Source: Candidatus Solibacter sp. (lineage in GTDB: Bacteria > Acidobacteriota > Terriglobia > Bryobacterales > Bryobacteraceae). From it: DNA of 42,038 bases. Shown in pieces: positions 35,308 through 42,038 of this stretch; position 1 is the stretch's first letter, and every line of letters starts with the position of its first letter. The stretch spans positions 1 through 42,038 of the forward strand of contig JANYJN010000228.1 of NCBI GenBank assembly GCA_025358475.1. The letters are read 5' to 3'. The position numbers and the translations under genes were made by a program. The notes beneath the pieces were generated by a model. The model did not search any database. It had not been told where the DNA came from and was given only the letters and a program-made list of their open reading frames with translations.

Positions 35308-35625
35308 TTACACGCAGCCCGTGGGCTTGGGGAGTCCAGCCAGTTTGCATGCGCCCTTGGCTGGACCCGAAGGGAAGAGTCCGTAGATCTCGTTCAGCTT
35401 GAACCCGGTTTCCTTGCAAACCTTGCGGACCATGGGCGCGATGCCGAATCCCAAGTAATAATTCCGGAGGTAATTGATCACCTTCCAGTGATCCGGCGTC
35501 AGATCCGTGATGTCTTCGCTCTGCGCAAAATCCTTGGCAACGGCTTCGTTCCAGATCTCCGGATTTTCCAAAAAGCCATCTTCGTCCACCTCATAAACCG
35601 TTCCGTTTGCTTCGAATGTCGGCAC
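35308..35625 (-). CDS. dsrC: DsrC (TusE/DsrC family) with both redox-active C-terminal cysteines
   Basis: HWKVINYLRNYY, and the C-terminus GACKLAGLPKPTGCV (Cys-X10-Cys with a penultimate Cys). GTG start at 35625 is preceded by AGAGGAG. Confidence 0.9.
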   Translation of the reverse strand: MPTFEANGTVYEVDEDGFLENPEIWNEAVAKDFAQSEDITDLTPDHWKVINYLRNYYLGFGIAPMVRKVCKETGFKLNEIYGLFPSGPAKGACKLAGLPKPTGCV

Positions 35626-35661
35626 TAGTAGCTCCTCTTTCGAGTTGGGACTTCGGCCATT

Positions 35662-36708
35662 TCAGGCCAAGTCGATATAACCGCTCGGGCAGCCGTCGGT
35701 GCATTTGCCGCACCCGTTACATTGGTCCAAATTAATCCGGTAGCGTCGGCCCGATGGAACTTTTTCAAATCCATGCTTCGTGCAGTACATCCAGCAGTTC
35801 CCACAACCCATGCACATACCGCAAGACATGCAGCGCTTGGACTCAGCCACAGCATCGGCCGCAATCATTGCGGCCGCCGCGGCGTAACGGGGCTGCTCTT
35901 TGTACCACTCCAGCCGCAACCGCTCTTTCGGGGCTGACAGCTTCGGCGCCGGCTTTTGCCCGGCAACACCGCGAATCCGGGCGTCAGCCTCTTCGGCCGC
36001 CAGAAGACCGCTGGCAATAACCGATGCGATCGCGGAAGCATCCGGCGTTTCCATGCTCGCCGTCTCGATCACTGCGCCATAGGCGGCGCGGAGTCCCTCC
36101 ACGTCGATGCCGCCGCAGTCGCACTTCAGTTCCACTCCGAGGTCCAGAATCCTCCGGATCTCGGAGTCCAGGATTTCATCCAGCAAATTCTGCCGCATGA
36201 TGCCGCCGGACTGCGGGGAACTTTCGAAAATTGTGACTTTGTATCCGCGCTTTACCAAGTGGAAGGCCGCGGTGAGCCCCGCCAGACCCGCGCCTACCAC
36301 CGCCACCGAAGTAGGCAACTCTTTCGTCCGGCCGAACTTAAGCGCGTGCTCGATCGCGTAGTCGCCGACGAAACGCTCCACCGCGTTCACCGCTACCGCT
36401 CCTTCCTTCAGGCTCCGGTGGCAGTTGTCCTCGCACGGATGCGAGCACAGCCTGCCGCACGCGGACGGAAACGGATTGCGGGCGGTGATCCTCCGCCACG
36501 CAAACTCTGCGGCCTGCTCCGCCGTCCGGCCTTCCACTTCGGCGTCTGCGATGGTGGCGAGCATTCCGCGCACGTCGCATCCGATGGGACAACCGGCCGC
36601 GCAGGGAGCGGTTTTCGGCGTGTAATGCGGCCGCAAGGGACTCGATTGGTTTTCCGTCGAACCCATCTGGCGGATCAAAGGCTTCTTGACCGTCTTAAAT
36701 AACGCCAT
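35662..36708 (-). CDS. dsrL: Shortened DsrL-like (GltD/NfnB-type) iron-sulfur flavoprotein that appears to lack the NAD(P)H-binding domain, with a C-terminal 2x[4Fe-4S] ferredoxin domain
   Basis: N-terminal Fe-S motifs CAAGCPIGC and PFPSACGRLCSHPCEDNC; FAD fold VAVVGAGLAGLTAAFHLVKRGYKVTIFESSPQSGG; C-terminal CMSCGMCMGCGNC and CNGCGKCTDGCP. It is only 348 aa and sits between dsrB and dsrC. Confidence 0.65.
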   Translation of the reverse strand: MALFKTVKKPLIRQMGSTENQSSPLRPHYTPKTAPCAAGCPIGCDVRGMLATIADAEVEGRTAEQAAEFAWRRITARNPFPSACGRLCSHPCEDNCHRSLKEGAVAVNAVERFVGDYAIEHALKFGRTKELPTSVAVVGAGLAGLTAAFHLVKRGYKVTIFESSPQSGGIMRQNLLDEILDSEIRRILDLGVELKCDCGGIDVEGLRAAYGAVIETASMETPDASAIASVIASGLLAAEEADARIRGVAGQKPAPKLSAPKERLRLEWYKEQPRYAAAAAMIAADAVAESKRCMSCGMCMGCGNCWMYCTKHGFEKVPSGRRYRINLDQCNGCGKCTDGCPSGYIDLA

Positions 36709-36715
36709 AGTACGG

Positions 36716-37798
36716 CTAATACCTTATATGTGTGGACCGCGCGTACGTCAAACCGGCATGCTTGAAATCGTCGAGATGGTAGCGCGTAAACTCAATCCCG
36801 GTCAGCTCGAAGAACCTGGGCCAGCCGATCCGGTCGATCCACTCGCCCATGCGCTCGAACTTCTTGGCGCCGCCGGCGTAGACCTCCACGATGTTGGCCA
36901 CTGCATCCACTACTTCAGGCCAGCGCGGCGGATTGTTGGGCAAGAACGGAATCGCCAGCTTCGAGAACTTCGGAGCCGTACGGGCATTGCTTACCTTGCC
37001 GCCTACGTAGATCGATAACCCGTCGTTTTCCGGATCGTCCAGCGGCATCGCGGGCGAAACCGTGTAGCAGTTTCCGCAGTACATGCACTTCTCGTCAATC
37101 ACGGTCACGGATTCCTTGCCCCCCACCACCGCGGGCCGGATCGCGTCCGTGGGACACGCGGCAATGACGGTGGGAATCTCGCTGACCTTTTTCAAAATAT
37201 CGTGATTGATTTTTGGCGGCTTGCGGTGAATGCCCAGGATGGCGATGTCCGAACAGTGAACGGCCCCGCACATATTCAGGCAGCAAGCCACGGCAATTCG
37301 CACACGCGCCGGCAGAGTTTCTTCGGTGAACCGGGAATAGAGCCGGTCCATCAGCGATTTCACGAGCCCCGAAGCGTCGGTCGCCGCCGAGTGGCAATGA
37401 ATCCAACCCTGGGTATGCACTATGTTACTGATGGATGCGCCCGTGCCCCCCACCGGGAACCCGGCGTCGAAAAGTTCCTTCCGGAGCGGTTCGATGTTGG
37501 CTGGATCCTCCAGCAGGAACTCGATGTTGTTTCGGCTGGTGAACCGCAGATAACCACCGCAATACTTATCCGCGAGCGCCGCGAATAAGCGGATGGTGTC
37601 CACGCTCAACAGGCGCGGCGAGCCGGCGCGAACCGTATAGAGCCGTTCGCCCGATTCAGAGACATGGCACAGCACCCCCGGAGCGATTCCTTCGTGATAC
37701 TGCCATTTCCCGTAATTCCTCTTGATCACCGGGGGGAGAAACTTTTCATAATTGGGCGGTCCGATATCTGTAATTCTTTTTGCTGTTTCGGTTGCCAT
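36716..37798 (-). CDS. dsrB: Dissimilatory sulfite reductase beta subunit
   Basis: Start at ATG 37798, 1 nt after the dsrA stop ([32 protein letters not shown]). [32 protein letters not shown], and a ferredoxin insert CPTDAI...CMYCGNC. Confidence 0.9.
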   Translation of the reverse strand: MATETAKRITDIGPPNYEKFLPPVIKRNYGKWQYHEGIAPGVLCHVSESGERLYTVRAGSPRLLSVDTIRLFAALADKYCGGYLRFTSRNNIEFLLEDPANIEPLRKELFDAGFPVGGTGASISNIVHTQGWIHCHSAATDASGLVKSLMDRLYSRFTEETLPARVRIAVACCLNMCGAVHCSDIAILGIHRKPPKINHDILKKVSEIPTVIAACPTDAIRPAVVGGKESVTVIDEKCMYCGNCYTVSPAMPLDDPENDGLSIYVGGKVSNARTAPKFSKLAIPFLPNNPPRWPEVVDAVANIVEVYAGGAKKFERMGEWIDRIGWPRFFELTGIEFTRYHLDDFKHAGLTYARSTHIRY

Positions 37799-37799
37799 G

Positions 37800-38996
37800 T
37801 TAGTTTGCCTCCTCTTCCCGGAAAAAGATGAACGGGTTGTCGCGAGGCGCCGCCACCATCTCGGGTGTGGGATCCAAACCGATACCATCCAAAAAATTCG
37901 CGAGCCCGACGCGCTGGATCAGTTCGCCGATGCGCTCCCGGTTCTCGCCGTGCTCGTCCCAGAAATCCCACAAGCGCTTGAGCAACTCATTCACGGTCCC
38001 TTCCAGTTCTTCGGCCGCCACGAATGGCACCAGCACGCTCGAAAGCAGCGCGCCCTTGACGATGGGTGCCTTGGCTCCGATCAGAAGCACCGCGCCGCGC
38101 TCCTTGCCGGGCCGGAGCGCCTTGGGCATCACGTTGATGCAATGCATGCAGCGTACGCACTCGCGGTTCTCGATGGTCAACTTGCCATTGTCCCAGTCCA
38201 TGCATCGCGTCGGGCAACGGTCGCAGACATCCCTCCGGATATCGAGGCCAGCGGCGGCATATTCGGCCACCGCGGCGTCGTCCTGCCGGATGGCATCTTT
38301 CCAGGTGCCGATGATGGACAGGTCCGCCCGCGCGCTGGCCGCCACGCAGTCATTAGGACAGCCAGAACATTTGATCTTAAATTTGTACGGAAAAGCGGGC
38401 CGGTGCATCTCGTCCTGGTACTGGTGCGTCAGGTCGTTGCACAGTTTCATCGTGTCGTAGCACGCCCATTCGCAGCGCGCCTGGCCGACACAGGAAGAGG
38501 GGGTTCGAAGCGCGGAGCCCGACCCGCCAAGGTCGAATCCGGCCTGCGTTAGTTCATTGAACGTCGGCTCCAGTTCCGTCGTGTTCGTGCCCAGGAAAAT
38601 GATGTCGCCGGTCGAACCGTGAAAGTTGGTCAGCCCTGAGCCATGCCGCTCCCAAATATCCGCTAGCGTCCGGAGAGCGTCACTGGTGTAGAACCAGCCC
38701 GATGGGTGGTTGACACGGATCGTGTGGAAGTGGGCGATCCGGGGAAACTGCTCCGGCATCGCGCTATACCGGCCGATGACGCCGCCACCGTACCCACGAA
38801 CGCCCACCATACCGCCGTGTTTCCAGTGGCCTCTCTTCTCCTCGTAAGACGACTCGAGTTGTTGCAGGAGGTCATTGCAAGCGGGGTTCTTCTCGCCCGC
38901 CTTTTTGATTTCGGTGACAAAACTGGGCCAGGGACCCTCTTCAAGTTGATCGAGTAGTTTGGTTGGGCGTCTCTCGTCGTCAGGCATTGGTTGCAT
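37800..38996 (-). CDS. dsrA: Dissimilatory sulfite reductase alpha subunit
   Basis: [32 protein letters not shown], siroheme/[4Fe-4S] motifs [13 protein letters not shown] and KCSGCPNDC, and the ferredoxin domain CDRCPTRC...CVRCMHC. ATG 38996, or ATG 38987 three codons further in. Confidence 0.92.
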   Translation of the reverse strand: MQPMPDDERRPTKLLDQLEEGPWPSFVTEIKKAGEKNPACNDLLQQLESSYEEKRGHWKHGGMVGVRGYGGGVIGRYSAMPEQFPRIAHFHTIRVNHPSGWFYTSDALRTLADIWERHGSGLTNFHGSTGDIIFLGTNTTELEPTFNELTQAGFDLGGSGSALRTPSSCVGQARCEWACYDTMKLCNDLTHQYQDEMHRPAFPYKFKIKCSGCPNDCVAASARADLSIIGTWKDAIRQDDAAVAEYAAAGLDIRRDVCDRCPTRCMDWDNGKLTIENRECVRCMHCINVMPKALRPGKERGAVLLIGAKAPIVKGALLSSVLVPFVAAEELEGTVNELLKRLWDFWDEHGENRERIGELIQRVGLANFLDGIGLDPTPEMVAAPRDNPFIFFREEEAN

Positions 38997-39044
38997 CCCC
39001 GTTTCAGTTCTCCACGTTTACGTAGTGAAGGTTTCTCTACCTTA

Positions 39045-39055
39045 ATATCTCATAT
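39045..39055 (-). promoter_or_regulatory. ATATCtCATAT motif / extended -10-like element upstream of dsrA
   Basis: The minus strand reads CTAGTATATGAGATATTAAGG (TG-a-GATATT), about 50 nt before the dsrA ATG and immediately after a hairpin. Confidence 0.4.
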
Positions 39056-39061
39056 ACTAGC

Positions 39062-39085
39062 GCGGCGGTCAATTTCGACCGCCGC
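39062..39085 (-). terminator. Hairpin 16 nt after the Gfo-family gene stop, separating it from the dsr promoter region
   Basis: GCGGCGGTC-aatttc-GACCGCCGC is a perfect 9-bp stem. The tail on the minus strand (GCTAGTATAT) is not a classic U-tract. Confidence 0.5.
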
Positions 39086-39100
39086 AAAGCAGATTTTCCC

Positions 39101-40222
39101 CTACACGGCAGGAAAGTCCTTGCCGGTGACTATACGGTCCTCGCGGATGCTGATGTCGGCGCCGTAGGCCAGCTTGGAAGGCTCTAGCGCCGCTTCCGGA
39201 CTGAGCGGGGACTGCTTCCGGTCATGCACATTCTGGAAAAATTCGCGGTACATCTGCACTTCCGGACCGCCTTCGCCCTCGTCGCTGAACTTCACCGGTT
39301 CCAAAGCCTTATCCAGAGAGCCCACCAGGAGTTTGCCGCCCTCGCGCCGGATCACACCCTTGTCGCCGATGATCAGCAGTTTGCCGCCCGCCGACCGCGA
39401 GAAGCATGTAAAGGAGTAGTTCATCCGCCCGCCATTGGCGAAGTCCGCCAGAATCGAGGAGACGTCACGTGTGTCCCGATCCTTGTAGTGCATCACTCCG
39501 CCCGATGCGGACAGCCGCACCATGGGAGAGTTCACGATAGAGGTCACCATGCTCAGCGCATGGATGGAAAATTCAAGTTCGCTCGATCCGGACGTCTGCG
39601 CGAGCAGCCGCCAACTCACCTTCTGACCCGTCTTCGGATCGGTCACCTTGGAAGTCTGCGGATTCCAATCGTTGCGGTATTCCTCATAATTGATAAACCG
39701 CACGGGCCCGATCGTGCCGCTTTCGACGATCTTCCGGATCTCCGAGTCGCCCTTGGAGTAGCGCCGCTGCATTCCCACGCACACCACTTTCCCGGACTTG
39801 CGGGACTCCCGGATGATATCCGCCGCTTCCTTGTAGTTCAGCGCGAGCGGCTTTTCGAGCATCACATCCTTGCCGGCGCGCAGAGCCGCAATCGCCATCT
39901 CGTGGTGCATGTAGCCGGGGGTAATGATCGCTACCGCGCCGACGCTCTTGTCATTGAGCAGTTCCCGGTAATCGGTGTACATGGCCGGCTTGGAGGGCAG
40001 CGCGCCGGCCGCCTTCGCCATGCGGGCCGATTCGAGGTCGCAGAGCGCCACCACATTTGATTCGCTCTGAAGTTGCGTCAGCGCTTTGAGATGAGCGCCG
40101 GACCTCAACCCCACTCCAATGATTCCGAGATTCACGGAACCCGCCTGCGCGTTCGCCGCCGTCGTGCCCAGCGCGGCCAAGCCAACCGCCATCATCTGCC
40201 TGCGCGAAATATCTTCTTTCAT
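39101..40222 (-). CDS. Tat-exported Gfo/Idh/MocA-family oxidoreductase (second copy)
   Basis: AAGGAG RBS; twin-arginine signal MKEDISRRQMMAVGLAALGTTAANAQA; LGIIGVGLRSGAHL; LEKPLA. Confidence 0.85.
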   Translation of the reverse strand: MKEDISRRQMMAVGLAALGTTAANAQAGSVNLGIIGVGLRSGAHLKALTQLQSESNVVALCDLESARMAKAAGALPSKPAMYTDYRELLNDKSVGAVAIITPGYMHHEMAIAALRAGKDVMLEKPLALNYKEAADIIRESRKSGKVVCVGMQRRYSKGDSEIRKIVESGTIGPVRFINYEEYRNDWNPQTSKVTDPKTGQKVSWRLLAQTSGSSELEFSIHALSMVTSIVNSPMVRLSASGGVMHYKDRDTRDVSSILADFANGGRMNYSFTCFSRSAGGKLLIIGDKGVIRREGGKLLVGSLDKALEPVKFSDEGEGGPEVQMYREFFQNVHDRKQSPLSPEAALEPSKLAYGADISIREDRIVTGKDFPAV

Positions 40223-40320
40223 GCCATCTCCTTATGTGCTCAGTTGATTCTTCATATAGCCCCGAGCGGGCATTTGGATGCGGCCCGAATCGGCAAATGC
40301 ATCCTGCCCCGCTAATTCGC

Positions 40321-41169
40321 TTATGCGAACTGGCGGCGGATGAACGCGATATTCTTCTTGGTCGCCTCGACGCACTTCTCGGGTCCGGAGTGTGTGCTCT
40401 CGAAGACCACCCAGCCCTGGTACCCGATCCCGCGTATCGCTTTGAAGGCGGCGATCCAATTTACGCGGCCGGGCTCTTCGAGCAGCGACTCCTCGTTTTT
40501 GACGTGGATCTGGGCGATGCGGGATTTCCCGAGCACCTCGTATCCGGGGACGCTCTCGTCTTTGTGGCCGAAGCGTTCGGCGTTGTCGGCGTCGTAATAC
40601 ACCTTGACAGAAGGTTTAGCCACTAAGTCGATCAGCTTCTTGTCGTCGGCGGGACTCAGCGAGGTCTCCATGCCCAGCGTCACGCCGGCATCGGCCGCGG
40701 CTTCCGCCACTTTCCGCAGCATGGTAACCACCGGCCCGTAAGAGTCCTCCTGATCCATGATGGGGCAGTTCTTCTGGAACGCGGCGACCAGGATCACCTT
40801 GGCATTCAGGGCTTCCGCCGCCTGGATCGACTTCCGGAGCGTCTCTTCCGCGGGGCCGGGTTGCACCAGCGAAGCCCCTGCTGCCCAGACACCGGCGAGG
40901 GATGGGATCAGAAGTCCCGCATCCGCGGCGCCGCGCTTATACGTGAGCAGCGTATCGCGGTCCCACAGCGTCGTCTTTTGAAACTGAACCTGAAGCTCGA
41001 CGCCGGTGATGCCCGGAATGCGGCGCGCGATCTCGAACACCCCCGGTCCCGGCTCCTTCGTCATGTTGGCCTGCCGGTGTCCGATCTTTAGGGGCGCCGT
41101 CTCGGCTTTCAGCATGGCGGCCAGGGCGGCGGAACAGGAGGTGATACCGAACTGCCTGCGGGTGAGCAT
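40321..41169 (-). CDS. Exported sugar-phosphate isomerase/epimerase (xylose-isomerase-like TIM barrel), third copy
   Basis: Signal MLTRRQFGITSCSAALAAMLKA; blocks LGMETS, YYDADNAERFGH, IHVKN and YQGWVVFES. Confidence 0.75.
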   Translation of the reverse strand: MLTRRQFGITSCSAALAAMLKAETAPLKIGHRQANMTKEPGPGVFEIARRIPGITGVELQVQFQKTTLWDRDTLLTYKRGAADAGLLIPSLAGVWAAGASLVQPGPAEETLRKSIQAAEALNAKVILVAAFQKNCPIMDQEDSYGPVVTMLRKVAEAAADAGVTLGMETSLSPADDKKLIDLVAKPSVKVYYDADNAERFGHKDESVPGYEVLGKSRIAQIHVKNEESLLEEPGRVNWIAAFKAIRGIGYQGWVVFESTHSGPEKCVEATKKNIAFIRRQFA

Positions 41170-41206
41170 CTGTCAATCCTTTCGGTTCGTCTTCAGAAAA
41201 TACAGT

Positions 41207-41217
41207 ATATCAGATAT
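41207..41217 (-). promoter_or_regulatory. Perfect ATATCaGATAT palindrome / extended -10-like element (TG-a-TATACT) upstream of the TIM-barrel/Gfo pair
   Basis: The minus strand reads TTGACC-19 nt-TATACT inside TATGATATCTGATATACTG, followed by a 38-nt leader containing AAAGGA before ATG 41169. Confidence 0.45.
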
Positions 41218-41405
41218 CATAGCCCTGGGGTCAACGTGAAACGGCCCGGAGCAAACGACCCGATCCGCCAGCCGCCGGCAGCTTTGCCAACGAAGGTACG
41301 GCGTCTCATCTTAGTCCGTCCCTCGCAGAATACATCCTTATTACTTGCGGTAAAGATTCTCGCTCTCGACGGATGTTTCATGCACTGCGGGATTAACCAC
41401 GACAA

Positions 41406-41845
41406 TTAGGGTTGATCGATCTTTTCCTTCCAAACCAGATCGAATTGAAACTCCATGGTGCCATAGCTGTCGGCTACGAAGTCCGTATGCCAGATGTTAT
41501 CGAAGACCATTGCGACCATTGCCAGGATAGTGCGGTGATCGAGGGGCTCAACCTGATGGCGCTCCGCAACGTGAGGGGATCCGATAGCGATGAGTGCCGC
41601 GTCACGCGTCACCCAGAGCCAGTGGCCGTCGTTCGCCGCATAATATGCCCAGCCATCAATCGCGAAGTAGTCTCTACACGTGAGCTCCCGTTTGTTCCCA
41701 CAGGATGGCGAGGTTGCGGGCCGCTTCGAGGTTACCGCTTTCCTGAGGGGGCAGGTAGCGTGCCGTGGAGAGGGAGATAGGCTTCCCTCCAAGCGTGCCA
41801 CGAATGACAATTGGGCGACCGCATCTGGTATACCCCAGGTGCTAC
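41406..41845 (-). pseudogene. 5'-truncated and frameshifted remnant of a larger protein (C-terminal beta-sandwich-like part, possibly glycoside-hydrolase associated)
   Basis: One minus frame reads HLGYTRCGRPIVIRGTLGGKPISLSTARYLPPQESGNLEAARNLAILWEQTGAHV and stops at 41674-41676. The protein-like sequence continues in the next frame: DYFAIDGWAYYAANDGHWLWVTRDAALIAIGSPHV...FDNIWHTDFVADSYGTMEFQFDLVW. Only about 60 nt separate its upstream end from the tmRNA 3' end, so most of the gene is missing. Confidence 0.5.
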
Positions 41846-41902
41846 TGTGTTTTCTTGCAGGGTGGGCGGTGGCGTCTTTGGGCTAACTCAATGATTCTAT
41901 TG

Positions 41903-42038
41903 TGGTGGAGGCGGGGGGAGTTGAACCCCCGTCCGAGAAAGCCCGCAATGAAGAGAACTACGTGCGTATCCGGCCCATGATTTTTGACCGCCACCTCTGG
42001 ACCGGCGAGGGTGATGGAAGCCTAGCCCGATTGGTTCT
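41903..42038 (-). ncRNA. ssrA: tmRNA (ssrA), 3' portion; the 5' part lies beyond the window end
   Basis: The reverse complement of 41903-41935 is CGGACGGGGGTTCAACTCCCCCCGCCTCCACCA: a tRNA-like T-arm, an acceptor 3' strand with U at the G3:U70 position, and an encoded CCA, closely resembling the E. coli ssrA 3' end GGACGCGGGTTCAACTCCCGCCAGCTCCACCA. No matching 5' acceptor strand lies within 76 nt, so it is not a tRNA. Confidence 0.85.

Noticed and set aside
41217-41405. 62-aa minus-strand ORF between the TIM-barrel promoter and the gene remnant
   Set aside because: It is short, Arg/Gly-rich, has no RBS, and overlaps the promoter-like region.
25756-41903. The dsr region as a classical ssrA-integrated genomic island
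   Set aside because: There is no integrase or excisionase, no mobility genes, and no direct repeat of the ssrA 3' end visible by eye. Only the truncated flanking gene supports past recombination.
41903-41980. tRNA-Ala interpretation of the TTCAACT T-loop / CTCCACCA end
   Set aside because: No complementary 5' acceptor strand (GGGGGCG) and no D or anticodon arms are found within about 76 nt. The sequence context matches the tmRNA 3' domain instead.
1-42038. CRISPR arrays, IS elements, rRNA or tRNA genes, prophage modules
   Set aside because: No spaced direct repeats, terminal inverted repeats with a transposase, rRNA-like or cloverleaf-forming segments were noticed. This was a visual scan only, so short or degenerate elements could be missed.

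Overview
GC-rich, gene-dense 42-kb window with almost all genes on the minus strand. Two TonB-dependent receptors of more than 1000 aa with N-terminal carboxypeptidase-regulatory-like domains, plus many Tat-exported Gfo/Idh/MocA and xylose-isomerase-like TIM-barrel proteins, suggest an Acidobacteriota-like genome (inference only). There are three blocks. (1) 437-14823 is a carbohydrate/organic-acid block. It holds a KduI/IolB-type cupin, a porin, and an operon of a LarA-type racemase homologue, an aldehyde dehydrogenase and a small transaldolase. It also holds a divergent operon (anion-type MFS transporter, unknown protein, periplasmic TIM barrel), a periplasmic mutarotase, a COG2855/YeiH (SuyZ/TauZ-type) membrane protein, an SDR, and a Tat-Gfo + Tat-TIM pair. 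(2) 14841-24416 holds two giant TonB-dependent receptors bracketing a LysR regulator and a split UxaA-type dehydratase (95-aa SAF subunit + 398-aa catalytic subunit), which is the architecture of sulfolactate sulfo-lyase SuyAB. (3) 25756-38996 is a complete dissimilatory sulfite reductase locus: dsrA, dsrB, a shortened dsrL-like gene, dsrC, dsrT, dsrMKJOP, a dsrD-like gene and dsrN, followed by a second dsrMK-like pair and a GntR regulator. A second Tat-Gfo/Tat-TIM pair lies upstream of it. The window ends in the 3' part of the tmRNA gene. Decayed gene fragments sit at both window ends. Main hypothesis (inference from domain recognition and gene context, not from searches): the window couples organosulfonate catabolism (sulfolactaldehyde to sulfolactate to pyruvate + sulfite) to Dsr-dependent sulfite reduction, and the LarA homologue is a candidate, so far undescribed, sulfolactate racemase. 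A palindromic ATATCnGATAT-like motif overlapping extended -10-like elements recurs in front of several operons. No rRNA, tRNA, CRISPR array, IS element or integrase was recognised.
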